Below, in pieces: positions 12,179 to 27,145 of a DNA stretch of 64,000 nt. This stretch comes from Eledone cirrhosa (lineage: Eukaryota). The DNA lies in assembly GCA_964016885.1 (NCBI GenBank), contig OZ024756.1:24614001-24678000 (forward strand). Direction: 5' to 3'. The notes beneath the pieces are model-generated. The model made no database searches. It worked only from the letters and a program-made list of their open reading frames with translations, and was not told where the DNA came from. Numbering within the stretch: position 1 is the first letter of the stretch; every line of letters begins with the position of its first letter. A program made the translations under genes and the position numbers.

Positions 12179-12321
12179 TCATGGAATGAAAAAGAAATAT
12201 GAGCAAGCTCTCTCTTTAATGTCCTCTTGTATAAATGGTTACGGTTGTGTCAATAATAATTATAATTATGTTTGAAAGAATATTATTGTCTATGTCCCCA
12301 CCTTTAAATACAATATATATA

Positions 12322-12411
<90 letters not shown>

Positions 12412-12484
12412 TGTGTGTGTGTGCGTGTGTGTGAATAGTATATCTGTATTTAAATACCTTTAAATACAAAAATACAATATATAT

Positions 12485-12525
<41 letters not shown>

Positions 12526-15197
12526 ATTTTTGTATTTAAAGGTGGGGACAGATTGCATACTTGTAAGCATACATGTGTCTGAATGTATATATTTATGCAT
12601 ATATGTATATATATTTACATGTAAATACTTATATATACACAGAGGATGTATACATATACATTCATATAAGTAATTATCTGCCTTAATGCTATGGTGACGG
12701 CGGCATTCTTGGATGGAATATTTTTAAAAGAGCCTTTCTTCTCGCAACATAATACATACATACAGAAATGTATACATACTTCAACACACACACACACACT
12801 TATAAATGTATATAAATATAGAGAGAGAGACTCGAAAGCAGATAGTTCACGTTCTCCTATACCAGTAATACACTGGTATAGGAGACATTGGACGCCATGC
12901 TTTCTAGCATAATTACGTCCCTTTACAGTCTGAGTTCAAATCCCGCCGAGGTTAACTTTGCCTTTCATCCTTACGGGGTCGATGAAATAAAGTACCAGTA
13001 ATGTACTGGGTAATTGCTGGCCTTGTGCCTATATAAGAAACAATTATTTACCATACTGTAGCAGTGGTAGTAGTAGTAGTAGTAGTAGTAATGATAACAG
13101 TAGTAGTAGTCGTAGTAGTAATAGCAGCAGCAGCAGTAGTAATAGTAAAATTAGCAGCAGCAGTAGTAGTAGTAGTAGCAGCAGCAGCAGCAACATCAGC
13201 AGTACTAGTAGTAGTTGTATATATTTGAGTGTAGCTTTTTTTCCGACAATTGTTGTTTTTGCTGCTGTGTATTTTGTACTGGTAATAGTTGGTTCGTGAA
13301 GGTACGTAGCTTAGTGGTTAGCGTATTGAGCTTATGATTATAATGTCGTGACAACGACATCTGGACCGGGTAAAATTCTTGAACAAAATACTTCATTTCG
13401 GGTTGGTTGAGGTCAATTCAGCTGAATATAAGTACCATCAGCAGTAACATCTGGCAGTTAACCCTGTGATCAGTTCACATCTGGGAGTCAGCTCCCAGTC
13501 GTTTAACGCCAATGAAACTGCTATAAGGTGAGCCTTTTGGTCCTAGAGACCAAATTTAACTAAATCTAATGGTCAAAATATTAAAATATTTTGACCATTA
13601 GATTTAGTTAAATTTGGTCTTAATCCGTCTCCCAGTTTAAACCAACAACATAGCATATAGATGTCTTTAGTATTGGACCAGGCCTCCGGCTTTAAAATAC
13701 ATTCTCCCACCTGTTTCTGAGGCTCTGAAAAGAATCATGAATGGTGCTCCAAAGCATTTGTGCATGTTCTAGGAATCCTGGAAATACCGTGCGACTAGCT
13801 TTCTGGACAGATGTATCAATCAGTTTGTTCTTTACCAGGTATTTTGATATTCTCCAAGCCAGTACTCCGTTAATCATGTTTCAATACATACTAAGGAGAG
13901 ATATCGGCTCCTTCCTTCTATTTTAACTTGAAGAGATATTCTCGTAAGATTGAAGTTGAAGCCATCTTGTTGCCAGTTCTGCTCTCTTGGTTAACAAATA
14001 ATTTTCTAGTTGCAGGATATTACTGGTATAGGAGAACGTGAACCATCTGCTTTCGAGTCTCTTTCTCTCTCTATATATACATAAGTGTGTATGTGCGTGT
14101 GTTGAAGTATGTATAAATTTCTGTATGTATGTTGAAATATTTCAACCGTGAAAGCCATTACCTGTTTCCTCCCCTTCGCCACAACCATAAGGCAGAGAAT
14201 GACTTGATGATGATGATGATGATGATGATGATGACGGTACATGGTGCTAGAAGATGATACAGGGTAGTACATGACGATACATGACGGCACATGACAGTAC
14301 ATGACGGTACATGCTGACACAAGCCGACACAGGACGGTACAGGATCGTGCAAAACGGTACAGGACTGTACCGGACGTTACATTAATGTAGATGATGGTAC
14401 AGGACGGTACAGTATGACACAGGATGGTACAGGACGGTATAGGCTGACACAGGACGGTACAGGACGAGACACGATGACACAAGACGGTACAGACTTACAC
14501 ACGACTCAACAAACGATACAAAATTAGGTTTTTGCCTGCAAAAAAGGTATTAACAAGAAAAACAACAGACGGAAAAACATTCAGATAAAATAATAAATTC
14601 CAGGACAGGGGCGAAACTTCCAAGAATCACTCATGGAAAAAGTCCACAAGAACCACAGTCATCCTGACCACAACGGCAAGTGCCCCCACCCTATTGTCCT
14701 CCTCCAATTCACAAGTGCATACACAAAGCAGATTAGTTCATTCGGACCATGCTCACCCCTCTCACCTAACTTTCGCTGGAAGGCAGCAGTTTCCATATAT
14801 ATTAAGGCGAGATATCGGTTCCTTCTTTCCATGCCCACAGTCGTAATCTTGTCAATCTCGAGCAATGTTTATAGATCTTGTACTATATAATTGCCTCAGT
14901 CATCTATATCGATTTCTTATTACACAATATGAAATTAAACATTGGTGAAGTATAGTTTACTGTTCAGTTCACATCCTAGTTATTAATAAACTACATTGTA
15001 ATCATGTCACCTTGCTTCCATATAGCGACAGATTAAGGGAGGGATAATATCTAAAGAGAACCAAGTAATTTTCTTTTTTTTTTCTTTGCTACACAAGTGG
15101 TTCGATGAAACTTTCAGCCTGGTGCCTAAGGTAAATTTAACCCGACCCGGTTCCTACATAATACCAGTTATAATAAATTTCTAGAAAAGAAACTTAC

Positions 15198-15368
15198 CGG
15201 TGGAATTGTTGAGGTGATGGCTCTTTTTTCTAACTGTGCGACACGTGAGGACTGGTGTAAGATAGCCACAGTCATGAGAACTACCATAACACCAACCAAC
15301 ACGAGAGGAACAGTGAGTTTCTGTTTTAACTTGAAGAGATATTCTCGTAAGGTTGAAGTTGAAGTCAT
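15198..15368 (-). CDS. Orphan exon 1 (with promoter) of the internally deleted unit; its own exons 2-4 are missing
   Basis: Intact ATG...IPP|GTAAGT. The unit is joined at ~12870-12885 to the upstream region of copy B, deleting ~3.3 kb. Confidence 0.7.
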
Positions 15369-15606
15369 CTTGTTGCCAGTTCTGCTCTCTTGGTTAACAA
15401 ATAATTTTCTAGTTGAAGTGTATTACTGGTATAGGAGAACGTGAACTATCTGCTTTCGAGTCTCTCTCTCTATATATTTATATACATTTATAAGTGTGTG
15501 TGTGTGTGTGTGTTGAAGTATGTATACATTTCTGTATGTGTGTATTATGTTGTGAGAAGAAAGGCTCTTTTAAAAATATTTCATCCAAGAATGCCTTGTG
15601 TGTGTG

Positions 15607-15672
<66 letters not shown>

Positions 15673-16660
15673 GAAGTATATATAAATGTCTGTATGTATG
15701 TTGAATAATTCAACCGTGAAGGCCATTACGTGTTTCCTCCCCTTCGCCACAGCCATAAGGCAGAAAATGACTTGATGATGATGATGATGATGATGTTGTT
15801 GTTATTGTGGTGGTGGTGGTGTATGCTGCTGTTGTTGTTGTTGTGGTGGTGATGGTGTTTGCTTCTAAAAGAAAATACGTATTTGAATCCTTTGTTAATG
15901 GTAACATCCGGTTGTAACGTTTTTGTTAGGTTAAATAGTCTTTTCCTACCTAAGAAGGAAAATATGTCGCCATCGCCCTCCTCATCATCATCATCATCAT
16001 CATCATTACCACCTTCAAGTCGAAATTCTCCTTTCGTTTTCTCAGGATAGATAAAATCAAGTACCAGTTAACTACTGTTCTCTTTTTAATTGATAATCTC
16101 ACCCGTTAACATTGTTGGTCTTATTAGGAAAAGTCCCCCCTCAGAAAAAAGTGGTCCTCTCAGGTCAGACCTTCCTCAAGATCTGGACATCAGGACAGGA
16201 CGTTACCAAACACTTGATGAGGTCCTCAGAGGACATTTCAACATGAAAAGGCCCTCACCAACAAGTTCCATTTAAAGATGAAGGTAAAGGTAGAGATCGA
16301 GGTGCTACCTTCCAGTAGGTTTATATAAAAGATAGGTGGGATTGAAGAAATTTGCTTGATAAAAGGGATCCCACTCTATGAAGGTGTCTGTTGTTGGTGA
16401 ACGGCCGTTGTAGTTGGTGTTACGGGCTAGTTATCCGTAGTTGTATGTGAGATACCCCTAACGTACCCTAACGATTTTTGTACATCGCTCTATGCATTTC
16501 AAGAGCCTTTCTAATTATTATATTTAGTTGTGATATAATTTTAGCAGTATCTATTATTGTGTCTATATGGTTATTATTGTTCTGACGGTCCCCTTTTTAC
16601 ATCATCTAACACTTTCTCTCCATTCGTTGTTTCTTGTTTCTTGTTGTTGTGGTTACCAGT

Positions 16661-16692
<32 letters not shown>

Positions 16693-16779
16693 TCATGGAA
16701 TGAAAAAGAAATATGAGCAAGCTCTCTCTTTAATGTCCTCTTGTATAAATGGTTACAGTTGTGTCAATAATAATTATAA

Positions 16780-16965
16780 TAATTGTTTCTACTTTAGGCA
16801 CAAGGCCAGCAATTACCCAGTGCATTACTGGTACTTTATTTTATCGACCTCGTAAGGATGAAAGGCAAAGTCAACCTCGGCGGGATTTGAACTCAGATCG
16901 TAAAGGGACGTAACTATGCTGGAAAGCATGGTGTCCGACCCTCTACCGATACTGCCAATCTACCG
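16780..16965 (-). mobile_element. Full-length SINE family A present in only one array unit
   Basis: Flanked by tataataat on both sides. The equivalent sites in other units (~4355, ~12263, ~25192) are empty. Confidence 0.88.
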
Positions 16966-17025
16966 TATAATAATGTTTGAAAGAATATTATTGTCTATGT
17001 CCCCACCTTTAAATACAATATATAT

Positions 17026-17125
<100 letters not shown>

Positions 17126-18519
17126 GTATACCTGTTTTTAAATACCTTTAAATACAAAAATACAATATATATACACACACACATATATATATATATATAT
17201 ATTCTATTTTTGTATTTAAAGGTGGGGACAGCATGCATACTTGTAAGCATACATGTGTCTGAATGTATATATTTATGCATATATGTATATATATTTACAC
17301 GTAAATACTTATATATACACAGAGGATGTATACATATACATTCATATAAGTAATTATCTGCCTTAATGCTATGGTGACGGCGGCATTCTTGGATGGAATA
17401 TTTTTAAAAGAGTCTTTCTTCTCGCAACATAATACATACATACAGAAATGTATACATACTTCAACACACACACACACACACACACACTTATAAATGTATA
17501 TAAATATAGAGAGAGAGACTCGAAAGCAGATAGTTCACGTTCTCCTATACCAGTAATACACTTCAACTAGAAAATTATTTGTTAACCAAGAGAGCTTTCT
17601 CAGTTCAAATACCACCGATGTCAACTTTGCCTTTCATCCATCTGAGGTCGATAAAAACCTACCAGTTTGGTACTGGGGTCGATTCTTCCTCTCTCTTTCT
17701 TACTTCCATTCTCTCACTCTCTATTCTTCTCTGTGAATAATTGTTTCTACTTTTGGCCCAAGGCCAGCAATTACCCCAGTGCATTACTGGTACTTTATTT
17801 TATCGACCCCGTAAGGATGAAAGGCAAAGTTAACCTCGGCGGGATTTGAACTCAGAATTTGAACTCAGGATTTGAACTCAGGATTTGAACTCAGGATTTG
17901 AACTCAGAATGGCAAGGGTCGTAACTCCATGCGTCAAAGCATGGCGTCCGACCCTCTACCGAATAATTTACTGTATTCAGACCTGGAGAGGAGATGGGCT
18001 CCGCCAGGTTTAAAAATGCCCTAGAAAGGCTATATGTCACTACGGTGTCTCTACCACTTCATCAGGTATTATGGGACCACACCATGCTAATATACAACAA
18101 TATTTTCTATATAATTTCAGACAAAATTTATTCCGGCACCCCCTCTACGTAAGTAACACATTTGGATATTTATTACTCACAGATTTTACATTATTTGTAT
18201 TTAAACCTATATGGTGGATTGGCTACATACAGTTATTATTTGTATATACAAGGACGGTGGATTGGCAGTATCAGTAGAGAGACGGACACCATGTTGTTCA
18301 GCATAGAGTTACGACCCTTTACGGTCTGAGTTAAAATTCCGCCGAGGTTAACTTTGCCTTTCATTCTTACGAGGTCGATAAAATAAAGTACCAGTAATGT
18401 ACAGGAGTCGATTTAATCGACTTTCACCCTCCCCAGAATTACTGGCTTTGTGCTTAAATTAGAACTCATTATTTGTATATACACTTTCTAGCAATGTCTA
18501 TATACATCCCACAGTCTTT

Positions 18520-18554
<35 letters not shown>

Positions 18555-18698
18555 AATATATGTGTGTGTGTGTGTGTGTATATCTTACAATGCAATACAA
18601 TGACATTGTCAAGCGTAATCATGTTAGTAAGGAATATTGGTAAATATATTTTGGTTATGAGAATATTTTTCATTTATTAATATTTTGAATAATATATG

Positions 18699-18791
<93 letters not shown>

Positions 18792-18975
18792 TCAATAGCT
18801 TCCGATCCATCCAGATATAAAAACAACAGCAGCAACAACAACAATAACATCAACAAAAACTCTATATTTTCAGATTTACCGCAGTATTTTATTGTTTAAA
18901 TCAATGACATCTTAGAAAAGAATATTTTTGAGGAAACCATATTTAATTATCCTTCTATTATTTATGTATTATAAA

Positions 18976-19008
<33 letters not shown>

Positions 19009-19017
19009 CACACACGC

Positions 19018-19095
<78 letters not shown>

Positions 19096-19176
19096 TTCAA
19101 TAGCTATCGATCCATCTATTGATTATGTATTATAAAGAACTTGTATATTTAACTGCTTATATTTAATCTAAAATGT

Positions 19177-20500
19177 TCAGTAGAAGTATCTAGGTGACTT
19201 ACTACACACTACACAGGTTAATTCTCTATTGTTCACGTATGGAGGACTTGGCAGTGACCCGACCATCGCTTGTACGTTATACAACAGAGCTCCGTTTTCG
19301 TTTTTGTAACCGGCTGGGTCAGCTTCAGGTTCTTTATCGACACATATGTATTCACTTCTACCTTTGTGACCATAATATGCTGTCATCAGGTACCCCCAAT
19401 ATTCAGTTTGCCAACCAGTATAGCATTCTATTCGTCCTGGAATCATTATTACCGAAGCCGGTGATTTAGTTTCACAGACTGCGCAAGGAACGTCTTGATC
19501 ATGTAAAGAGTAGTCATGTTTATTGATAAACATTCCATTTTTCGGGCTACTTTTGTAATTTGACAGTTCATATTCTACACCGTAAATAGTAGCAGCAACT
19601 TCAAAAGCGTCTGAGTAGTTTCCCCATTGCGGTTTCGATGTTAGACACAGAAAATTGCTTCCACCCCCAGCGTGTGTATAAAACTGTCCTGCAGCGAAAC
19701 CTATCAACAAATATAAGAAAAGAAAAGAGAATTTCAGCTGCTATTATTCAACATCTAATGAACCAAAACATATATATAGGGTCAATGGTAAATATGTGTT
19801 CTAGTGTACTCTTTGTAATATCAATTCAATCTGTTACATGTCGATCCCTAAAGAACTAGGCAGAACCTAATCAGCAGTTATACTTCGTACATATTTCGTC
19901 TTAGAAAGTCAGTATAAAGATGTTAAAACATTGAAACGAATGTGTGAAAATGTATGTTACAAGATTTCATAAGGTGTAGAAAACTATTTCTTTTTCTTTG
20001 TCAATATTGAAAGGTGTTTGTGTTATAGTGTAGATTTTTGAAAACAAAAATATCCAATGTTAAAATCTAGCACTTTATATTCTTACCTGCATAGACTTTA
20101 GTAGCTGTTTTAGCGGTGCAATTTTTCTTTCCCCACTGTGTATATACCGCACCAGGAAGGGAACCTGCAAGATAATTAAGCTTAATATAGAAATTTCTTT
20201 CTATATATATATATGATACTATTGGATATGTATTAGTCTAAAAACACATTCGTTGAAATACAAAATTAATGGAAATGTATATTTGTCGATATTAAGATTG
20301 ATCGAAGGCGATATTAATCGAATGACATATAAATTAAATGACACATTGATCGAAATACAAATTCTTAGAAAAATATTCCTCGAAAATATTAATGCTTATG
20401 TATATTAATACTAACATACTCTTAGCACATATAAGTAAATATTACTGATTATCTAGTAATAAATATAGTAAATAATACACACATATATATAGCAACTGAA

Positions 20501-20568
<68 letters not shown>

Positions 20569-20692
20569 CATATTCCACTTCAGTTTATTGTCTTATATCA
20601 CACCCGTTATGTATATTTCAAAGGCATTAAATGTCCTTATGTAATACCTGTTTAATGAATTGTTATTAGACAGGTGCTGAAAGAGAGAAGGT

Positions 20693-20777
<85 letters not shown>

Positions 20778-22520
20778 GGGACAGAGAGAGAGCGAATATG
20801 CATAGAGACATGGTATTGAAAGTGCATATATAAATATTTTTTCTAACATTGCACAAGGTCAGCATCTTTGGAGGGAAAGAGAAAGTCAGTTTATAACGAC
20901 CCGATTTCATTACTCGTACTTATTTTATCGATCTCAGAAGGGATTTGAGCCCAGAACAAAGGCCGGAAATATTTTGTCCGCTGCTTTGACAATTCTGCCA
21001 ATCCACCACTCTAGTGTATATAGAAATAATGTCAAATGTGTGTACAATAGTTATCAAAAGGTGTCACTTACGTTGCAATGGAGTAAACCTCGTCTGAAAT
21101 TATAGAGCAAATATAGTTGTGTCAGATATGTTATAAATATATTTGAATAAAGTAGTAGTAGATACATGCAGGTTAGTAGGATTATTTAATTGTCAGTATC
21201 GGGAGAGCGTTGGACGCCATGCTTTCTAGCATAGTTACGTCCCTTTACAGTCTGAGTTCAAATCCCGCCGAGGTTAACTTTGCCTTTCATCCTTACGGGG
21301 TCGATGAAATAAAGTACCAGTAATGTACTGGGTAATTGCTGGCCTTGTGCCTATATAAGAAACAATTATTTACCATACTGTAGCAGTGGTAGTAGTAGTA
21401 GTAGTAATGATAACAGTAGTAGTAGTCGTAGTAGTAATAGCAGCAGCAGCAGTAGTAATAGTAAAATTAGCAGCAGCAGTAGTAGTAGTAGTAGCAGCAG
21501 CAGCAGCAACATCAGCAGTACTAGTAGTAGTTGTATATATTTGAGTGTAGCTTTTTTTCCGACAATTGTTGTTTTTGCTGCTGTGTATTTTGTACTGGTA
21601 ATAGTTGGTTCGTGAAGGTACGTAGCTTAGTGGTTAGCGTATTGAGCTTATGATTATAATGTCGTGACAACGACATCTGGACCGGGTAAAATTCTTGAAC
21701 AAAATACTTCATTTCGGGTTGGTTGAGGTCAATTCAGCTGAATATAAGTACCATCAGCAGTAACATCTGGCAGTTAACCCTGTGATCAGTTCACATCTGG
21801 GAGTCAGCTCCCAGTCGTTTAACGCCAATGAAACTGCTATAAGGTGAGCCTTTTGGTCCTAGAGACCAAATTTAACTAAATCTAATGGTCAAAATATTAA
21901 AATATTTTGACCATTAGATTTAGTTAAATTTTGTCTTAATCCGTCTCCCAGTTTAAACCAACAACATAGCATATAGATGTCTTTAGTATTGGACCAGGCC
22001 TCCGGCTTTAAAATACATTCTCCCACCTGTTTCTGAGGCTCTGAAAAGAATCATGAATGGTGCTCCAAAGCATTTGTGCATGTTCTAGGAATCCTGGAAA
22101 TACCGTGCGACTAGCTTTCTGGACAGATGTATCAATCAGTTTGTTCTTTACCAGGTATTTTGATATTCTCCAAGCCAGTACTCCGTTAATCATGTTTCAA
22201 TACATACTAAGGAGAGATATCGGCTCCTTCCTTCTATTTTAACTTGAAGAGATATTCTCGTAAGATTGAAGTTGAAGCCATCTTGTTGCCAGTTCTGCTC
22301 TCTTGGTTAACAAATAATTTTCTAGTTGCAGGATATTACTGGTATAGGAGAACGTGAACCATCTGCTTTCGAGTCTCTTTCTCTCTATATATATACATAA
22401 GTGTGTATGTGCGTGTGTTGAAGTATGTATCAATTTCTGTATGTATGTTGAAATATTTCAACCGTGAAAGCCATTACCTGTTTCCTCCCCTTCGCCACAA
22501 CCATAAGGCAGAGAATGACT

Positions 22521-22556
<36 letters not shown>

Positions 22557-23690
22557 CGGTACATGGTGCTAGAAGATGATACAGGGTAGTACATGACGAT
22601 ACATGACGGCACGTGACAGTACATGACGGTACATGCTGACACAAGCCGACACAGGACGGTACAGGATCGTGCAAAACGGTACAGGACTGTACCGGACGTT
22701 ACATTAATGTAGATGATGGTACAGGACGGTACAGTATGACACAGGATGGTACAGGACGGTATAGGCTGACACAGGACGGTACAGGACGAGACACGATGAC
22801 ACAAGACGGTACAGACTTACACACGACTCAACAAACGATACAAAATTAGGTTTTTGCCTGCAAAAAAGGTATTAACAAGAAAAACAACAGACGGAAAAAC
22901 ATTCAGATAAAATAATAAATTCCAGGACAGGGGCGAAACTTCCAAGAATCACTCATGGAAAAAGTCCACAAGAACCACAGTCATCCTGACCACAACGGCA
23001 AGTGCCCCCACCCTATTGTCCTCCTCCAATTCACAAGTGCATACACAAAGCAGATTAGTTCATTCGGACCATGCTCACCCCTCTCACCTAACTTTCGCTG
23101 GAAGGCAGCAGTTTCCATATATATTAAGGCGAGATATCGGTTCCTTCTTTCCATGCCCACAGTCGTACTCTTGTCAATCTCGAGCAATGTTTATAGATCT
23201 TGTACGATATAATTGCCTCAGTCATCTATATCGATTTCTTATTACACAATATGAAATTAAACATTGGTGAAGTATAGTTTAATGTTCAGTTCACATCCTA
23301 GTTATTAATAAACTACATTGTAATCATATCACCTTGCTTCCATATAGCGACAGATTAAGGGAGGGATAATATCTAAAGAGAACCAAGTAATTTTCTTTTT
23401 TTTTTCTTTGCTACACAAGTGGTTCGATGAAACTTTCAGCCTGGTGCCTAAGGTAAATTTAACCCGACCCGGTTCCTACATAATACCAGTTATAATAAAT
23501 TTCTAGAAAAGAAACTTACCGGTGGAATTGTTGAGGTGATGGCTCTTTTTTCTAACTGTGCGACACGTGAGGACTGGTGTAAGACAGCCACAGTCATGAG
23601 AACTACCATAACACCAACCAACACGAGAGGAACAGTGAGTTTCTGTTTTAACTTGAAGAGATATTCTCGTAAGGTTGAAGTTGAAGTCAT
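19177..23690 (-). CDS. Copy C, ~264 aa; exons 23690-23520, 21093-21072, 20164-20087, 19700-19177
   Basis: Same splice sites as copy B. 171+22+78+524=795 nt open. Ends PRYFY*. Confidence 0.85.
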
Positions 23691-23925
23691 CTTGTTGCCA
23701 GTTCTGCTCTCTTGGTTAACAAATAATTTTCTAGTTGAAGTGTATTACTGGTATAGGAGAACGTGAACTATCTGCTTTCGAGTCTCTCTCTCTATATTTA
23801 TATACATTTATAAGTGTGTGTGTGTGTGTGTGTTGAAGTATGTATACATTTCTGTATGTATGTATTATGTTGTGAGAAGAAAGGCTCTTTTAAAAATATT
23901 TCATCCAAGAATGCCTTGTGGGTGT

Positions 23926-24010
<85 letters not shown>

Positions 24011-25033
24011 GAAGTATATATAAATGTCTGTATGTATGTTGAATAATTCAACCGTGAATGCCATTACGTGTTTCGTCCCCTTCGCCACAGCCATAAGGCA
24101 GAAAATGACTTGATGATGATGATAATGATGTTGTTGTTGTTATTGTGGTGGTTGTGGTGTATGCTGCTGTTGTTGTTGTGGTGGTGGTGGTGTATGCTGC
24201 TGTTGTTGTGGTTGTGGTGGTGGTGGTGATGGTGTTTGCTTCTAAAAGAAAATACGTAATTGAATCCTTTGTCAATGGTAACATCAGGTTGTAACGTTTT
24301 GTTAGGTTAAATAGTCTTTACATACCTAAGAAGGAAAATATGTCGCTATCGCCCTCATCATCATCATCATCATCATCATTACCACCTTCAAGTCGAAATT
24401 CTCCTTTCGTTTTCTCAGGATAGATAAAATCAAGTACCAGTTAACTACTGTTCTCTTTTTAATTGATAATCTCACCCGTTAACATTGCTGGTCTTATTAG
24501 GAAAAGTCCCCCCTCAGAAAAAAGTGGTCCTCTCAGGTCAGACCTTCCTCAAGATCTGGACATCAGGACAGGACGTTACCAAACACTTGATGAGGTCCTC
24601 AGAGGACATTTCAACATGAAAAGTCCCTCACCAACAAGTTCCATTTAAAGATGAAGGTAAAGGTAGAGATCGAGGTGCTACCTTCCAGTAGGTTTATATA
24701 AAAGATAGGTGGAATTGAAGAAATTTGCTTGATAAAAGGGATCCCACTCTATGAAGGTGTCTGTTGTTGGTGAACGGCCGTTGTAGTTGGTGTTACAGGC
24801 TAGTTATCCGTAGTTGTATGTGAGATACCCCTAACGTACCCTAACGATTTTTGTACATCGCTCTATGCATTTCAAGAGCCTTTCTAATTATTATATTTAG
24901 TTGTGATATAATTTTAGCAGTATCTATTATTGTGTCTATATGGTTATTATTGTTCTGACGGTCCCCTTTTTACATCATCTAACACTTTCTCTCCATTCGT
25001 TGTTTCTTGTTTCTTGTTGTTGTGGTTACCAGT

Positions 25034-25107
<74 letters not shown>

Positions 25108-25250
25108 TCATGGAATGAAAAAGAAATATGAGCAAGCTCTCTCTTTAATGTCCTCTTGTATAAATGGTTACGGTTGTGTCAATAATAATTATAATTATGT
25201 TTGAAAGAATATTATTGTCTATGTCCCCACCTTTAAATACAATATATATA

Positions 25251-25361
<111 letters not shown>

Positions 25362-25409
25362 AGTATATCTGTATTTAAATACCTTTAAATACAAAAATAC
25401 AATATATAT

Positions 25410-25450
<41 letters not shown>

Positions 25451-26773
25451 ATTTTTGTATTTAAAGGTGGGGACAGATTGCATACTTGTAAGCATACATG
25501 TGTCTGAATGTATATATTTATGCATATATGTATATATATTTACATGTAAATACTTATATATACACAGAGGATGTATACATATACATTCATATAAGTAATT
25601 ATCTGCCTTAAAGCTATGGTGACGGCGGCATTCTTGGATGGAATATTTTTAAAAGAGCCTTTCTTCTCGCAACATAATACATACATACAGAAATGTATAC
25701 ATACTTCAACACACACACACACACACACTTATAAATGTATATAAATATAGAGAGAGAGACTCGAAAGCAGATAGTTCACGTTCTCCTATACCAGTAATAC
25801 ACTTCAACTAGAAAATTATTTGTTAACCAAGAGAGCTTTCTCAGTTCAAATACCACCGATGTCAACTTTGCCTTTCATCCATCTGAGGTCGATAAAAACC
25901 TACCAGTTTGGTACTGGGGTCGATTCTTCCTCTCTCTTTCTTACTTCCATTCTCTCACTCTCTATTCTTCTCTGTGAATAATTGTTTCTACTTTTGGCCC
26001 AAGGCCAGCAATTACCCCAGTGCATTACTGGTACTTTATTTTATCGACCCCGTAAGGATGAAAGGCAAAGTTAACCTCGGCGGGATTTGAACTCAGAATT
26101 TGAACTCAGGATTTGAACTCAGGATTTGAACTCAGGATTTGAACTCAGGATTTGAACTCAGAATGGCAAGGGTCGTAACTCCATGCGTCAAAGCATGGCG
26201 TCCGACCCTCTACCGAATAATTTACTGTATTCAGACCTGGAGAGGAGATGGGCTCCGCCAGGTTTAAAAATGCCCTAGAAAGGCTATATGTCACTACGGT
26301 GTCTCTACCACTTCATCAGGTATTATGGGACCACACCATGCTAATATACAACAATATTTTCTATATAATTTCAGACAAAATTTATTCCGGCACCCCCTCT
26401 ACGTAAGTAACACATTTGGATATTTATTACTCACAGATTTTACATTATTTGTATTTAAACCTATATGGTGGATTGGCTACATACAGTTATTATTTGTATA
26501 TACAAGGACGGTGGATTGGCAGTATCAGTAGAGAGACGGACACCATGTTGTTCAGCATAGAGTTACGACCCTTTACGGTCTGAGTTAAAATTCCGCCGAG
26601 GTTAACTTTGCCTTTCATTCTTACGAGGTCGATAAAATAAAGTACCAGTAATGTACAGGAGTCGATTTAATCGACTTTCACCCTCCCCAGAATTACTGGC
26701 TTTGTGCTTAAATTAGAACTCATTATTTGTATATACACTTTCTAGCAATGTCTATATACATCCCACAGTCTTT

Positions 26774-26824
<51 letters not shown>

Positions 26825-26976
26825 AATATATGTGTGTGTGTGTGTATATCTTACAATGCAATACAATGACATTGTCAAGCGTAATCATGTTAGTAAGGAA
26901 TATTGGTAAATATATTTTGGTTATGAGAATATTTTTCATTTATTAATATTTTGAATAATATATGTATATATATATA

Positions 26977-27011
<35 letters not shown>

Positions 27012-27145
27012 ATATATATATATATTCAATAGCTTCCGATCCATCCAGATATAAAAACAACAGCAGCAACAACAACAATAACATCAACAAAAACTCTATA
27101 TTTTCATATTTACCGCAGTATTTTATTGTTTAGATCAATGACATC

